From Aplysia californica (Eukaryota), in NCBI RefSeq assembly GCF_000002075.1, contig NW_004797425.1:1220010-1284009 (forward strand): DNA of 64,000 nt, given 5' to 3'. A model generated the notes under the pieces. It was not told where the DNA came from and made no database searches. It worked only from the letters and a program-made list of their open reading frames with translations. Made by a program: the position numbers and the translations under genes. Below are positions 48,495 to 60,100 of the stretch, piece after piece (the first letter of the stretch is position 1; the number at the start of each line of letters is the position of its first letter).

Positions 48495-50100
48495 TATGTA
48501 CATTTGTTACCCCAGTCCCACATGGTTCATGACACCCGTCGGTAATCTTTCAATTAGTGGCGTTGGATAGTAAAAAAANNNNNNNNNNNNNNNNNNNNNN
48601 NNNNNNNNNNNNNNNNNNNNNNNNNNNNNNNNNNNNNNNNNNNNNNNNNNNNNNNNNNNNNNNNNNNNNNNNNNNNNNNNNNNNNNNNNNNNNNNNNNNN
48701 NNNNNNNNNNNNNNNNNNNNNNNNNNNNNNNNNNNNNNNNNNNNNNNNNNNNNNNNNNNNNNNNNNNNNNNNNNNNNNNNNNNNNNNNNNNNNNNNNNNN
48801 NNNNNNNNNNNNNNNNNNNNNNNNNNNNNNNNNNNNNNNNNNNNNNNNNNNNNNNNNNNNNNNNNNNNNNNNNNNNNNNNNNNNNNNNNNNNNNNNNNNN
48901 NNNNNNNNNNNNNNNNNNNNNNNNNNNNNNNNNNNNNNNNNNNNNNNNNNNNNNNNNNNNNNNNNNNNNNNNNNNNNNNNNNNNNNNNNNNNNNNNNNNN
49001 NNNNNNNNNNNNNNNNNNNNNNNNNNNNNNNNNNNNNNNNNNNNNNNNNNNNNNNNNNNNNNNNNNNNNNNNNNNNNNNNNNNNNNNNNNNNNNNNNNNN
49101 NNNNNNNNNNNNNNNNNNNNNNNNNNNNNNNNNNNNNNNNNNNNNNNNNNNNNNNNNNNNNNNNNNNNNNNNNNNNNNNNNNNNNNNNNNNNNNNNNNNN
49201 NNNNNNNNNNNNNNNNNNNNNNNNNNNNNNNNNNNNNNNNNNNNNNNNNNNNNNNNNNNNNNNNNNNNNNNNNNNNNNNNNNNNNNNNNNNNNNNNNNNN
49301 NNNNNNNNNNNNNNNNNNNNNNNNNNNNNNNNNNNNNNNNNNNNNNNNNNNNNNNNNNNNNNNNNNNNNNNNNNNNNNNNNNNNNNNNNNNNNNNNNGGT
49401 TTATTCGGTACCTCAGAGGTGCCACTTGACTCTGCCAATCAGGGCCAACCCAAGCTCAGTAGAATGTGGCGTCCCAGGGTCCCAGTAGAAAGTTGGAGTC
49501 ACCGTAGGTTACTCTGTCGAATAAATTTCCTCGCTTAAGGGTCAAAGTCACTTCTGTTGTATCGTTAATAAATTAATGTAACCTTTAGTTTTCGATTTCG
49601 TTTTCTACCTCTTCTAAATTGTTGAAGAAAGCTGTTTATTTCCTGGTGTGTATTTATTTACTTGAATTACTTGAATATAGAACTGGGGTCCTAGGAGAAC
49701 AGGTTGCCCCATGCTTCCTCGCCCCTCTTCACGAGGGTCCATTTCAATGTGTGCAGGCTGATTGTCTCCATCATGATGTGTATTTGTCTTTGGTTAGTAC
49801 CAGATGATAGTACTGTGAAGTCGGCTTAATAAACCGAGATCTGCGGGGCCGCCGGATTTTCTTTGGTTTAGTTGGGTTTTCGGTTTCAAAGAGATTGCTC
49901 AAAAGGAAGAAAATAAATCGGGGAATTCATTTTCTGTTGGTTTACCACTGTTTTCGTATTGAATCTGTTCGGTTTAAGCGGACTCCTTTGCATTATCAAG
50001 CTCTTAATAGATACGAATGACTAAATTTATATTTCAAGGGTAAGCTCTGGCCTGGAACAAGGATAGCGTCGTAAATTTTTAGATAATCAAGTTCTTTTTT

Positions 50101-50287
50101 TAAAATCAGTTTTAGTAGAGGTTTGACGGCGCTCGCAACTGCATAAGGTCATATGAGCGTAATGGAGATTAGAGGTGTTACAAGAGAGTAACAAACATAA
50201 AAAAGGGAGAAGGGGAGATAAGGACGATAGCTGTTTGATAGGAAAGAAGAAGCAAACCACACCAGAGCACCCGCCAACCACCCACAT
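50101..50287 (-). mobile_element. Short headless retroposon (family B)
   Basis: Reverse-complement copy of 17642-17822. TSD GTTCTTTTTT at 50091-50100 and 50288-50297. Confidence 0.85.
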
Positions 50288-51165
50288 GTTCTTTTTTGAT
50301 AATATGACTTTGCGGAAGAACAATTCTTTTCTTGGATATAGAGACACGTCATCTTGAAGATGAGATTTCTGGTCTCCGGGCAAAACGCGTGGCTTCAAGG
50401 AAATATTCGAATGAGACACACACAAAAACTATGTCAAACCTGACTCAGACAAGTGCCATCTTCAACTTCAACGTCTTATCTATTTATTGATTTTTAAATT
50501 TTTAAAATTAATTAATTTATTATACATTTATCCATTTTTTTTAGATTATAATTTTTTTTCTTTTGGGAGGGGGTGGGGGTAATTTTTCAAAATGTATTTA
50601 ATGTTGTTTTGTACAGAGAGAAAAGGTACTCCACAATGACCGGCACGAGTATTTATCCTAGGCGCATATTGGGTTCTTTCTATTTCGTAGAGCGTTATTA
50701 TAATGCTCAAGCTGCGTTATAATAGAACGTTGTTCCGGGGAAGAACAATAATCTATAAATATATTATATTTGTAAATGTTCGTCACTTTGGTCGCCTAAA
50801 ACTTCCGAACCACTTAACTTTCGAATTCGAAAAATTAACGGTGGTTCAGAATCATTTAAATGGTGCACAGTTATTCAAGTATTTAGGAGTCTGAAGTCAC
50901 TGTAGTTTGATTTTCAGTTTTTCATTAGTTTCGTTTAGATCTAATCTTGGGAAAGTGCGTCTTTTAAGACGCCATTGTAAACACTCAGTAAACAGGCTTC
51001 CGTTCACAAGCAGTGTGCACTGGTTCCACTGTGACTTGACGATCGATTCTTTTAAGTCCGTTCATCGAACGGGGACCCAGCTAGTATATTAGTATGTTTG
51101 TGTCTATGTGTGTATTAATTTGTATTCATGTGTGTGAGAGGGGAGGGGGTGCGTGTGTGTGGGGG

Positions 51166-51229
<64 letters not shown>

Positions 51230-51720
51230 GTGTGTGTGTGTGATGAGTACTCCGTGTCTCCGTCCATCTGTCACCCCAGTCTCTCTTTTAAAAAAGAACA
51301 CTGTAAAGCGAGCACACCCTTCAGCTCCGATATAGCTCATATTATTTTTGTAACGCAAGATTAACAGTATACGCTTTAAATATAATTGGGGAGTCTCTTG
51401 GGGTATCTTTTCAAGCTGTGGGTTAAAAAAGAGCTCAAAACAGTGACCTTGTTGTTGCCTTATCTGTTTCAAATTGTATCATATTATTACGGTTATCAAA
51501 ACTATATCTTCCTATGAAATAAAAAAGGGTTTGAGTATTTAATTTGTTCTCCGAGAATCCTTTTGGTGATATATATAAGAAGCCTTCGATGCAATTAAAA
51601 CCCACATTATGACATTCATTNNNNNNNNNNNNNNNNNNNNNNNNNNNNNNNNNNNNNNNNNNNNNNNNNNNNNNNNNNNNNNNNNNNNNNNNNNNNNNNN
51701 NNNNNNNNNNNNNNNNNNNN

Positions 51721-51757
<37 letters not shown>

Positions 51758-52719
51758 TATTTTGTTCGTTGTTGGCGTACTGACATGCCCAGTGCCGAGT
51801 GTGTTGTTTGCCAAAGGAGGTTTGGAAACCTAAAATATGGAAGTGTGTTTGTTTGTTTGTTTGTTTATTGTTATTGTTAATTTTTAAATATTTTTTTTTG
51901 GGGGGGGAGGGGGGGGGGTACACCCCGTTCATATAACTTTGATTATTAAAATTTAGTAGGCAAGCTGCTTCGAACCAGGTTATTAGTTCCAGCCGGCCCA
52001 GAGTGAGATACAACATATTATTCTACAGAAAGACGGAGGTACCCTCTAAAAAACCAACTTTTCTTCGTGGGAGTCGAATTCATGTTGTTTCAGTCCATCC
52101 TTTGTGCTATAGGCGCCATTGCATAGGAGCCCTGGTTTGGTCACTATGCTTATGGGGCCTGACCTAGGCCTTCTCAGACACTAAGAAAGCCTAGGGCCTG
52201 ACGCATCATAGAAATAGGAATAGTACTATTATTGTGGTGTATCTTTGTACATTTTAACAGGGATTAGCAAAAGACTGGTACATGCACTTGTGGCAAAAAG
52301 AATCTGTGTACCCGCATATTGTAAACTTGACTCATGAAAATTAAATGATTGTATACACACCAAAGTGTTTGAATATCGAGTATTCGTGAACATATAATAC
52401 AATTCACAAAAGACCTCAGTCAAACAGTGTGTCTTCCATTTATTAGTTTTATTATAAATGAAATGATAAAATCAAAGAAACACCCAAATCTCCCATGCAT
52501 ACAAATCCAACCAGTAGCATCTGAATCAGATTGAGTAACATCTCGCTGTCATCCTTTTTCTCAGGGCGTATTAATTGCCAACTGAAAATAGGATAATCAA
52601 GTTGCAACGTGGAAAAGCGGTAATGATTAACACACTTCCTGTGTGTTACTCCACAAGAAAATATAGTTCCAGACACACTGTTTGACCCAAAATAGTTAAA
52701 GTAAGTATGTTATAATATA

Positions 52720-53096
52720 CAGGGTGTCCAAAACGTCGCGCACCATCCTGAAACTAACACGCTTATTGTTACAGATGCTCAAATCGAGCACCATTTTCAT
52801 TAATACAACTCTGTACTCTCCGCAAAAAGCTGTTTTTAACTTTCCTCAGGCTACCTTGATTGATGTTGTGACACTAAATTGTGATTGTATGTCCCAATTC
52901 GTCAAGAGAGCCTGGACGTTTCGTGTATACACCCGATTTTAGATGCCCCCGTAAGAAAAAAAAACAAGTGGACACTTCACAGGCCCCCTCCGTCGTCCAG
53001 AGTAGAGAGTAGAGAGTTGCATTTAATGAAAATGGTGCTCAGTTTGAGCATCCGTACCAATAAGTGTGTTTCAGGATGGTGGGCGACTTTTTGGAC

Positions 53097-53101
<5 letters not shown>
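52720..53101. mobile_element. Tc1/mariner-type MITE
   Basis: TA|CAGGGTGTCCAAAACGTCGCGCACCATCCTGAAAC and the inverted GTTTCAGGATGGTGGGCGACTTTTTGGACACCCT. Confidence 0.8.
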
Positions 53102-53150
<49 letters not shown>

Positions 53151-53774
53151 NNNNNNNNNNNNNNNNNNNNNNNNNNNNNNNNNNNNNNNNNNNNNNNNNN
53201 NNNNNNNNNNNNNNNNNNNNNNNNNNNNNNNNNNNNNNNNNNNNNNNNNNNNNNNNNNNNNNNNNNNNNNNNNNNNNNNNNNNNNNNNNNNNNNNNNNNN
53301 NNNNNNNNNNNNNNNNNNNNNNNNNNNNNNNNNNNNNNNNNNNNNNNNNNNNNNNNNNNNNNNNNNNNNNNNNNNNNNNNNNNNNNNNNNNNNNNNNNNN
53401 NNNNNNNNNNNNNNNNNNNNNNNNNNNNNNNNNNNNNNNNNNNNNNNNNNNNNNNNNNNNNNNNNNNNNNNNNNNNNNNNNNNNNNNNNNNNNNNNNNNN
53501 NNNNNNNNNNNNNNNNNNNNNNNNNNNNNNNNNNNNNNNNNNNNNNNNNNNNNNNNNNNNNNNNNNNNNNNNNNNNNNNNNNNNNNNNNNNNNNNNNNNN
53601 NNNNNNNNNNNNNNNNNNNNNNNNNNNNNNNNNNNNNNNNNNNNNNNNNNNNNNNNNNNNNNNNNNNNNNNNNNNNNNNNNNNNNNNNNNNNNNNNNNNN
53701 NNNNNNNNNNNNNNNNNNNNNNNNNNNNNNNNNNNNNNNNNNNNNNNNNNNNNNNNNNNNNNNNNNNNNNNNNN

Positions 53775-53955
53775 TAAGGGGGTGGGGGCAGAAAGAAGAG
53801 ACGAAAGCAGACGACAGAACATTGCTAGAGAGCAGGAAAGGGGGTGAAAGGAGACAATTTTAGAGAACAAAATTTTTCGGTCGCTGCCTAGATTCGAACC
53901 CGGGACCTTTGAATGAGAGACCAACACCTTAATATCTCTATGCCACGAGAGGTCA
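53775..53955 (-). mobile_element. tRNA-derived SINE, family A copy (5' part, remainder in gap)
   Basis: The reverse complement matches the head and body of the 682 and 14360 copies. Confidence 0.82.
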
Positions 53956-54277
53956 CGCGAAAACATAGAAAGCGCAGAAACTTCAGCGGCTGAAGATAAA
54001 CGCTGACAGACGCCAGTAGGTGTCTGCTTGTGCTGTGGCTTGACTCCACATAGAGAGCGCCTGATGCCGCTCCTTTTAAGCTTGCATAAAGATCTAGGCT
54101 AATATAGATATATCTAGTTCTCTTAGTAGACACACAACGGAAAACTATAAGAGGCCTCGGCTATTCAAATTCACACACTCAACTGACACACAGTAAGTAA
54201 GGCCTAGATCTAAGAAAAAAGATTACACCACAAAGCAGCTGGTATTGATAAAGCATTTATTTAGGAGCCCCCCCCCC

Positions 54278-54308
<31 letters not shown>

Positions 54309-56217
54309 CAAAAAAACAAACACACACAAAAAACACACAAAAAAAACAAAAACCCCAGAACGAATTTCCTAAAATATTGCTTAACATTTAATTATACTAG
54401 GGTACTCCTCTAATTTGACGACGCTGATTTAAAAAATGTAATTAGTTTTTGTCTACATGAAGTTCCATTTCTGAAATGACCATTTAAATTTGTTCTCAAT
54501 ACAGTCTGGTGACGTCACGCAAAGCGCAGGCCGCAGAACCCGAGTTAACGGCGTCGAGACCGCATTGAGTGTTGACAGCGAGGCGCCCTTCCCAGTTTTT
54601 CAGCGTAATAAGAACGTACATGTACATGTAGTTTGGTTTCCAATAAAGCCGACAGCGCCGATTGGTGCTTAAAGCCGCCTGCAGTCTGCCAGCTCTATGT
54701 AGGGCAAGTTGGAAATCATAAGGGAATGTTTAAATATCTATCGGCACTTACTGCGTCAAGTCTCCGAAATCGGCGTTCTCTATGTTTTTGCTCGTGACTT
54801 AAACGCAACCAGTTGTTCAAAGATACACAAGAAATGGATGAAAGAAATTTTTAAAAACTATTTAGTGAACTACAAGACTCCAGTTGGCTTAATCTGAAGA
54901 AAAAACAAACAAACAATTAAACCAAAAGTAGGGCGGAAAATTTGAAATACATGCAGATCTAGATTCTAGCTGAAGTCGTTTGCGTGTAGAGAGTCTGCCG
55001 TCGCGTGAAGACACGTACATTCAGCACGAGCACCAGCGTACTTCCTCTTCAACAGAGAGTACATACTAAGGAACAGATTGTCTGTCTTCTGCAAATTTGG
55101 GTCTGAGTGAAGTTCCAGAGGAGAACAATTTAATCCTCTCTCGCTGATGCCATTTCTATTTTCGCTATTTAATTTACGCATTCTTTACTACGAATACTAT
55201 GAGTGTGTTTCTATAATTGATATTGTTAATGTTATTGTGTGTTATTGTTATTGTTTTTGTTGTTGTTGTTGCTGCTGCTGCTGCTNNNNNNNNNNNNNNN
55301 NNNNNNNNNNNNNNNNNNNNNNNNNNNNNNNNNNNNNNNNNNNNNNNNNNNNNNNNNNNNNNNNNNNNNNNNNNNNNNNNNNNNNNNNNNNNNNNNNNNN
55401 NNNNNNNNNNNNNNNNNNNNNNNNNNNNNNNNNNNNNNNNNNNNNNNNNNNNNNNNNNNNNNNNNNNNNNNNNNNNNNNNNNNNNNNNNNNNNNNNNNNN
55501 NNNNNNNNNNNNNNNNNNNNNNNNNNNNNNNNNNNNNNNNNNNNNNNNNNNNNNNNNNNNNNNNNNNNNNNNNNNNNNNNNNNNNNNNNNNNNNNNNNNN
55601 NNNNNNNNNNNNNNNNNNNNNNNNNNNNNNNNNNNNNNNNNNNNNNNNNNNNNNNNNNNNNNNNNNNNNNNNNNNNNNNNNNNNNNNNNNNNNNNNNNNN
55701 NNNNNNNNNNNNNNNNNNNNNNNNNNNNNNNNNNNNNNNNNNNNNNNNNNNNNNNNNNNNNNNNNNNNNNNNNNNNNNNNNNNNNNNNNNNNNNNNNNNN
55801 NNNNNNNNNNNNNNNNNNNNNNNNNNNNNNNNNNNNNNNNNNNNNNNNNNNNNNNNNNNNNNNNNNNNNNNNNNNNNNNNNNNNNNNNNNNNNNNNNNNN
55901 NNNNNNNNNNNNNNNNNNNNNNNNNNNNNNNNNNNNNNNNNNNNNNNNNNNNNNNNNNNNNNNNNNNNNNNNNNNNNNNNNNNNNNNNNNNNNNNNNNNN
56001 NNNNNNNNNNNNNNNNNNNNNNNNNNNNNNNNNNNNNNNNNNNNNNNNNNNNNNNNNNNNNNNNNNNNNNNNNNNNNNNNNNNNNNNNNNNNNNNNNNNN
56101 NNNNNNNNNNNNNNNNNNNNNNNNNNNNNNNNNNNNNNNNNNNNNNNNNNNNNNNNNNNNNNNNNNNNNNNNNNNNNNNNNNNNNNNNNNNNNNNNNNNN
56201 NNNNNNNNNNNNNNNNN

Positions 56218-56255
<38 letters not shown>

Positions 56256-56669
56256 TCACATACATACAGACGCACACACATGTACATACTCACAAATAAT
56301 AAGATTTACCCCCCCCCCATAAAAAAAATAAAAAAAATAATCCGTAACAGTTAAGCTACTTAACAATTACAGCTATTGACGAAATATTGAAAGGGTACAC
56401 TGACGCACATCCAAACACTAGTTGCATTGAAGTACTTATACAGCAATTGAATAGTCGACCGCCCGAGTGTTTGGAAAAAAAAGAACCTGTGAGGAAGAAA
56501 ATGTAATGCTATAGCCCGCTACTTGAACAGTAGCTATCTTTTTCAGTCCGTTGCCCTGCTGAAAGATCGAACTTGTACTTGTCGTTAGCTACGTCTGAGC
56601 TCCATTCCATTCTACAGCAGTAAACATCTGATAGGAAACAAGCTTTGAGAAAAACGTAGAAGCCATTTC

Positions 56670-56842
56670 TTGGTTTTAGTAAGAGTTTACAGCACTTGCA
56701 ACACACCTATTAGGCCTATTGTGCAATGTAAGTTCCGAAAATTGGAGATGTTACAACATATTAACAAATAAAAGGAGATAAGAATAGGTGTTTGATAAGA
56801 AAGAAGGAGCAAACCACACCAGAGACCCCGCCAACCACCTAC
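56670..56842 (-). mobile_element. Short headless retroposon (family B), diverged
   Basis: GTTTTAGTAAGAGTTTACAGCACTTGCAAC...GCAAACCACACCAGAGACCCCGCCAACCACC. Confidence 0.72.
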
Positions 56843-57027
56843 ATTTTTTGGTTCGCGTACAACTCAAAGCATGAAAGATGTATTCAAAGATGCCCCTGTA
56901 TTGACCTTTTGAGAAAGTACCTTGATGAGCCCAGGCAATTGACCATGGGTCTGTTGGCAATACTTGACACCGGAAAAAATCGCCTGTCAGACTCTTTTGC
57001 GCATGTCTGTTGAAAGTGGCATGAAAT

Positions 57028-57080
57028 CAACTTCCGCTGCCCACCATTCGTCTCCCTCTTCTGCCGCCAGCACGTGGTGG
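57028..57080 (+). promoter_or_regulatory. Putative NOP58 core promoter / 5' end
   Basis: ETS-like CTTCCG (57031), pyrimidine run TCTCCCTCTTCT (57051-57062, TCT/TOP-like) and E-box CACGTG (57071-57076), about 80-120 nt upstream of the ATG. This is typical of Myc-regulated ribosome-biogenesis genes. Confidence 0.5.
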
Positions 57081-57152
57081 ATCAGACTATCAGACTAACT
57101 AGATTTCCTACAACTGCTCCACGAAACCAAGTGGAAGTTGCACTTTTTCAAG

Positions 57153-60100
57153 ATGTTAGTCTTGTTTGAGAGTGCGGCAGGATATGCTTTATTTAAGGTA
57201 AGAATATTGAGTTTTCCTGTGCTATTTTTCACATCTTGCGCTTTGCTCTCCTGGTTCCTTATTTCTCACCCACTTTCTCAGCTGATTTATTTCCAGCCAA
57301 CGCCTGTGACTGATCCGAGTGGAGTGTGATGCAGGCGTGGTATTAGATCTATCTTCAATAACAGTCAAATTCAATAAAAGCAACATCAACAGTGATGAAA
57401 AATCAAAAAGGAAAAAAAGTACAATAATGCAGGTTAACAGAGTTCAGACATTCAAAATAAAACTTTCGATTTCAATTGGTCTCCTCAGTCTCAGGATCAC
57501 TCATATATTCATATATATCATATTGCCAATATTGCTGAGATTACCCTTAAGATTCTGGTCCCTGATAAATGTTTGCCCGATAAGCGTAATCCCGCGTGGC
57601 GCTCCACAGCTGGTCCCTGATCAGTCGTCGTCCAGCGCGGGCAACGCATTTCGTTTAGGCAGGGCGGGGTCTGCATCTGTGTCAAGACTGTGTGCTAAAA
57701 TGTGTGTGGGTCAGTCCGCTTGTGCCTGTGTGTCCATCTAGATCTAGATCTAGATTATCTAGAATCTAGAACTTACTGCATTGTTTGGCCACCTCTATTC
57801 TTACCCGGGATGAGAATAGTGCAGGCGAGTCTTTTGGCTATTCTCACCCGGTGCGCGTTCACCGTTATAGCCTAGATTTCTAGATCTAGAATCTAGATCT
57901 AGAATTCTAGGCCAACAAATTTTGCGTTCAACCCTAAACCACAGAATTCTACACTGTGATAACAGAAAAATTTTAGAATTCTGTGCAGTGAACAAACGTT
58001 CCATTACAACTGTAGCCCACTAAAAGCGTACAATTTTGTCTGTGGGCAGTGGAGAGAGAGAGGTCTGCTGAGAGGAGTAGCGCGAGAACTTCCAGTCAAA
58101 ACAAAATGGCGACCCGCGTAGTTCGGCTCGATTCGAAAAGTTAAATAGCCGTAGAATCTTTGTAGACAAGCAAATTAATTTACTTTTGTGTTTTAACATC
58201 ATTTTTTAACGTTGTTTTGGTCAATTTGATCGTCCACATCGATAGACGACAGTATTCAGAAAGAGAGAGAGGGGGGGGGGGGATGAGTAGGCCTAGATCT
58301 TGCGAGAACTTCCGGGCAAAACAAAATGGCGACCCATTTCATTGTCAAGGAGGTGAAGGTGGTGGGGCGGGCCTGGGGAAGTAAGATGGAGAGAGAAAAA
58401 GGAAGAGAAAGAGAGAGTGGAAAAGAGAGAGAGAAAGGGGAGGGGGGGGGGCGTCTTATATAAGGACTGATGATGTGAATTTTATGTTTTGATCCATTTG
58501 TAGTTGTGAAATGCAGTGTAATAGCCAACCAGTAGTTTAAAGTCCGAATAGCAACGGGAGACTATTCAGACTCGAGTATAGACCTCGCTCACGGTAGCAA
58601 GCACATTATTTGAGTCCGAATAACCTCCAGCAGCTGTTCGGACTCGAGTCCAAATTGCCACTTCGATATATTCAAAACTTTGCACTACATAATTAAGAAA
58701 TAAGAATACGTGAACCACTGTAATTTCATCATTTGTAGGTAGATCTAGATCTAATAATCTAGATCTTCTAGTAACTAACAAGTAACATATAGGCTACTGG
58801 CTTTAGGAGTTTAGGCCTTCCGTACTGATTTTGATGACCATTGAGTAGGCTATAATATAGCAATGCCCACCGAGCGCGTTTTGTTCTGCCGATTTTTGGC
58901 CCCCGCAGCAGGGGTGTTTCGTGGGACGCACTAACGCAAAGGTTGTTGTCTTCAACTTGCTCTCACGCCGCTTCTCGGGAATGGATATGAATGAAACTTG
59001 GCAGCCAATCAGAAAAGAGGGCAATCTCGTAGTATGCAGTTTGACAACATTGTACCCATCCTAGAAGCAGTCGAAAATGTTTGCGAAAGTGGTTGATATG
59101 GTGCGCTTTGAAGATTTTTCAGAGCTGTGATTTGTCAAACTGACTGATACGTTGTACACCATTTTTCTTTATTCCCTTAAAATTTCAAGCTTCTGTGTTT
59201 AGCGGTTTTCGCGTAATCTTTAAAAATGTGGGAGTAACTAAGGGAAAAAGCGGCAACGCCATTTGCGCGTGCGGGGTGATCGGCCGGCGGCTGGGAAATT
59301 TTCACTGAGTGACGTCACCAGCCATCGGTCGCCTCGGGCGCTACAAACTAGGACCCGCTTATGTGAACCGGAAATTGGGGAAAGGATACTTCAAAACTAA
59401 ACGGGGGCCTTGATAACTTGCATTTTTGTTGCATTTTAGTCACAATACAATAGATGTCATTTTTATTTGCTTGATTGCATGACAGAAGAATAAAAACAGA
59501 AAAGCAAACATCTTGAGAAATGGTATGGCATTGTGTTTGCGTTATGAAAGCCTATTTCCCCCTCTTGGGAAAGCACACACTTGGACTCGTCCTGTGTGCT
59601 CTGTTTGGAAAAGTGAGGCATTAAGATTGTTATTAAAGAGTATGGTACTTATTTAGTCCAGTCTGGGAAGATAGTCCCGTTTATACATTGTTATCGTTCA
59701 CGCGTGAGTGTGCGTGTGTGTGTGAGAGAGAGAGTGGGGGGGGGGGGGTGTAAATATGGTCTTTTATTATTTGAGTTGTAGCCTACACATGCGAAATATT
59801 CCCATGACTTGTAAACTATATTATCTGAACGCATCTTAATCTACCACACAATAGGACACTCCAACAATGGATATACACAGACGATCTTATTTTCTATAAC
59901 AAAGTATGCATGCTTTTACTAGTACAGAACTGGATTTATTAGACTAATAAATCCTCTCTACTTACATTTTTGTGACAAATTGATCCAGAGCATTGTTTGG
60001 CAAGGAGGAACCTTTTATGTTGCCAAGTTTTATTCAAATATCATGACTTTGACTTTGGGACAACATATGACTGATAATCTTTGTAAATCTGTAAAGAACG

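Noticed and set aside
55147-56354. Long ORFs spanning N runs (also at 1.3, 7.5, 38.8, 46.8, 48.6, 51.6 and 53.2 kb)
   Set aside because: Artefacts of assembly gaps flanked by microsatellites.
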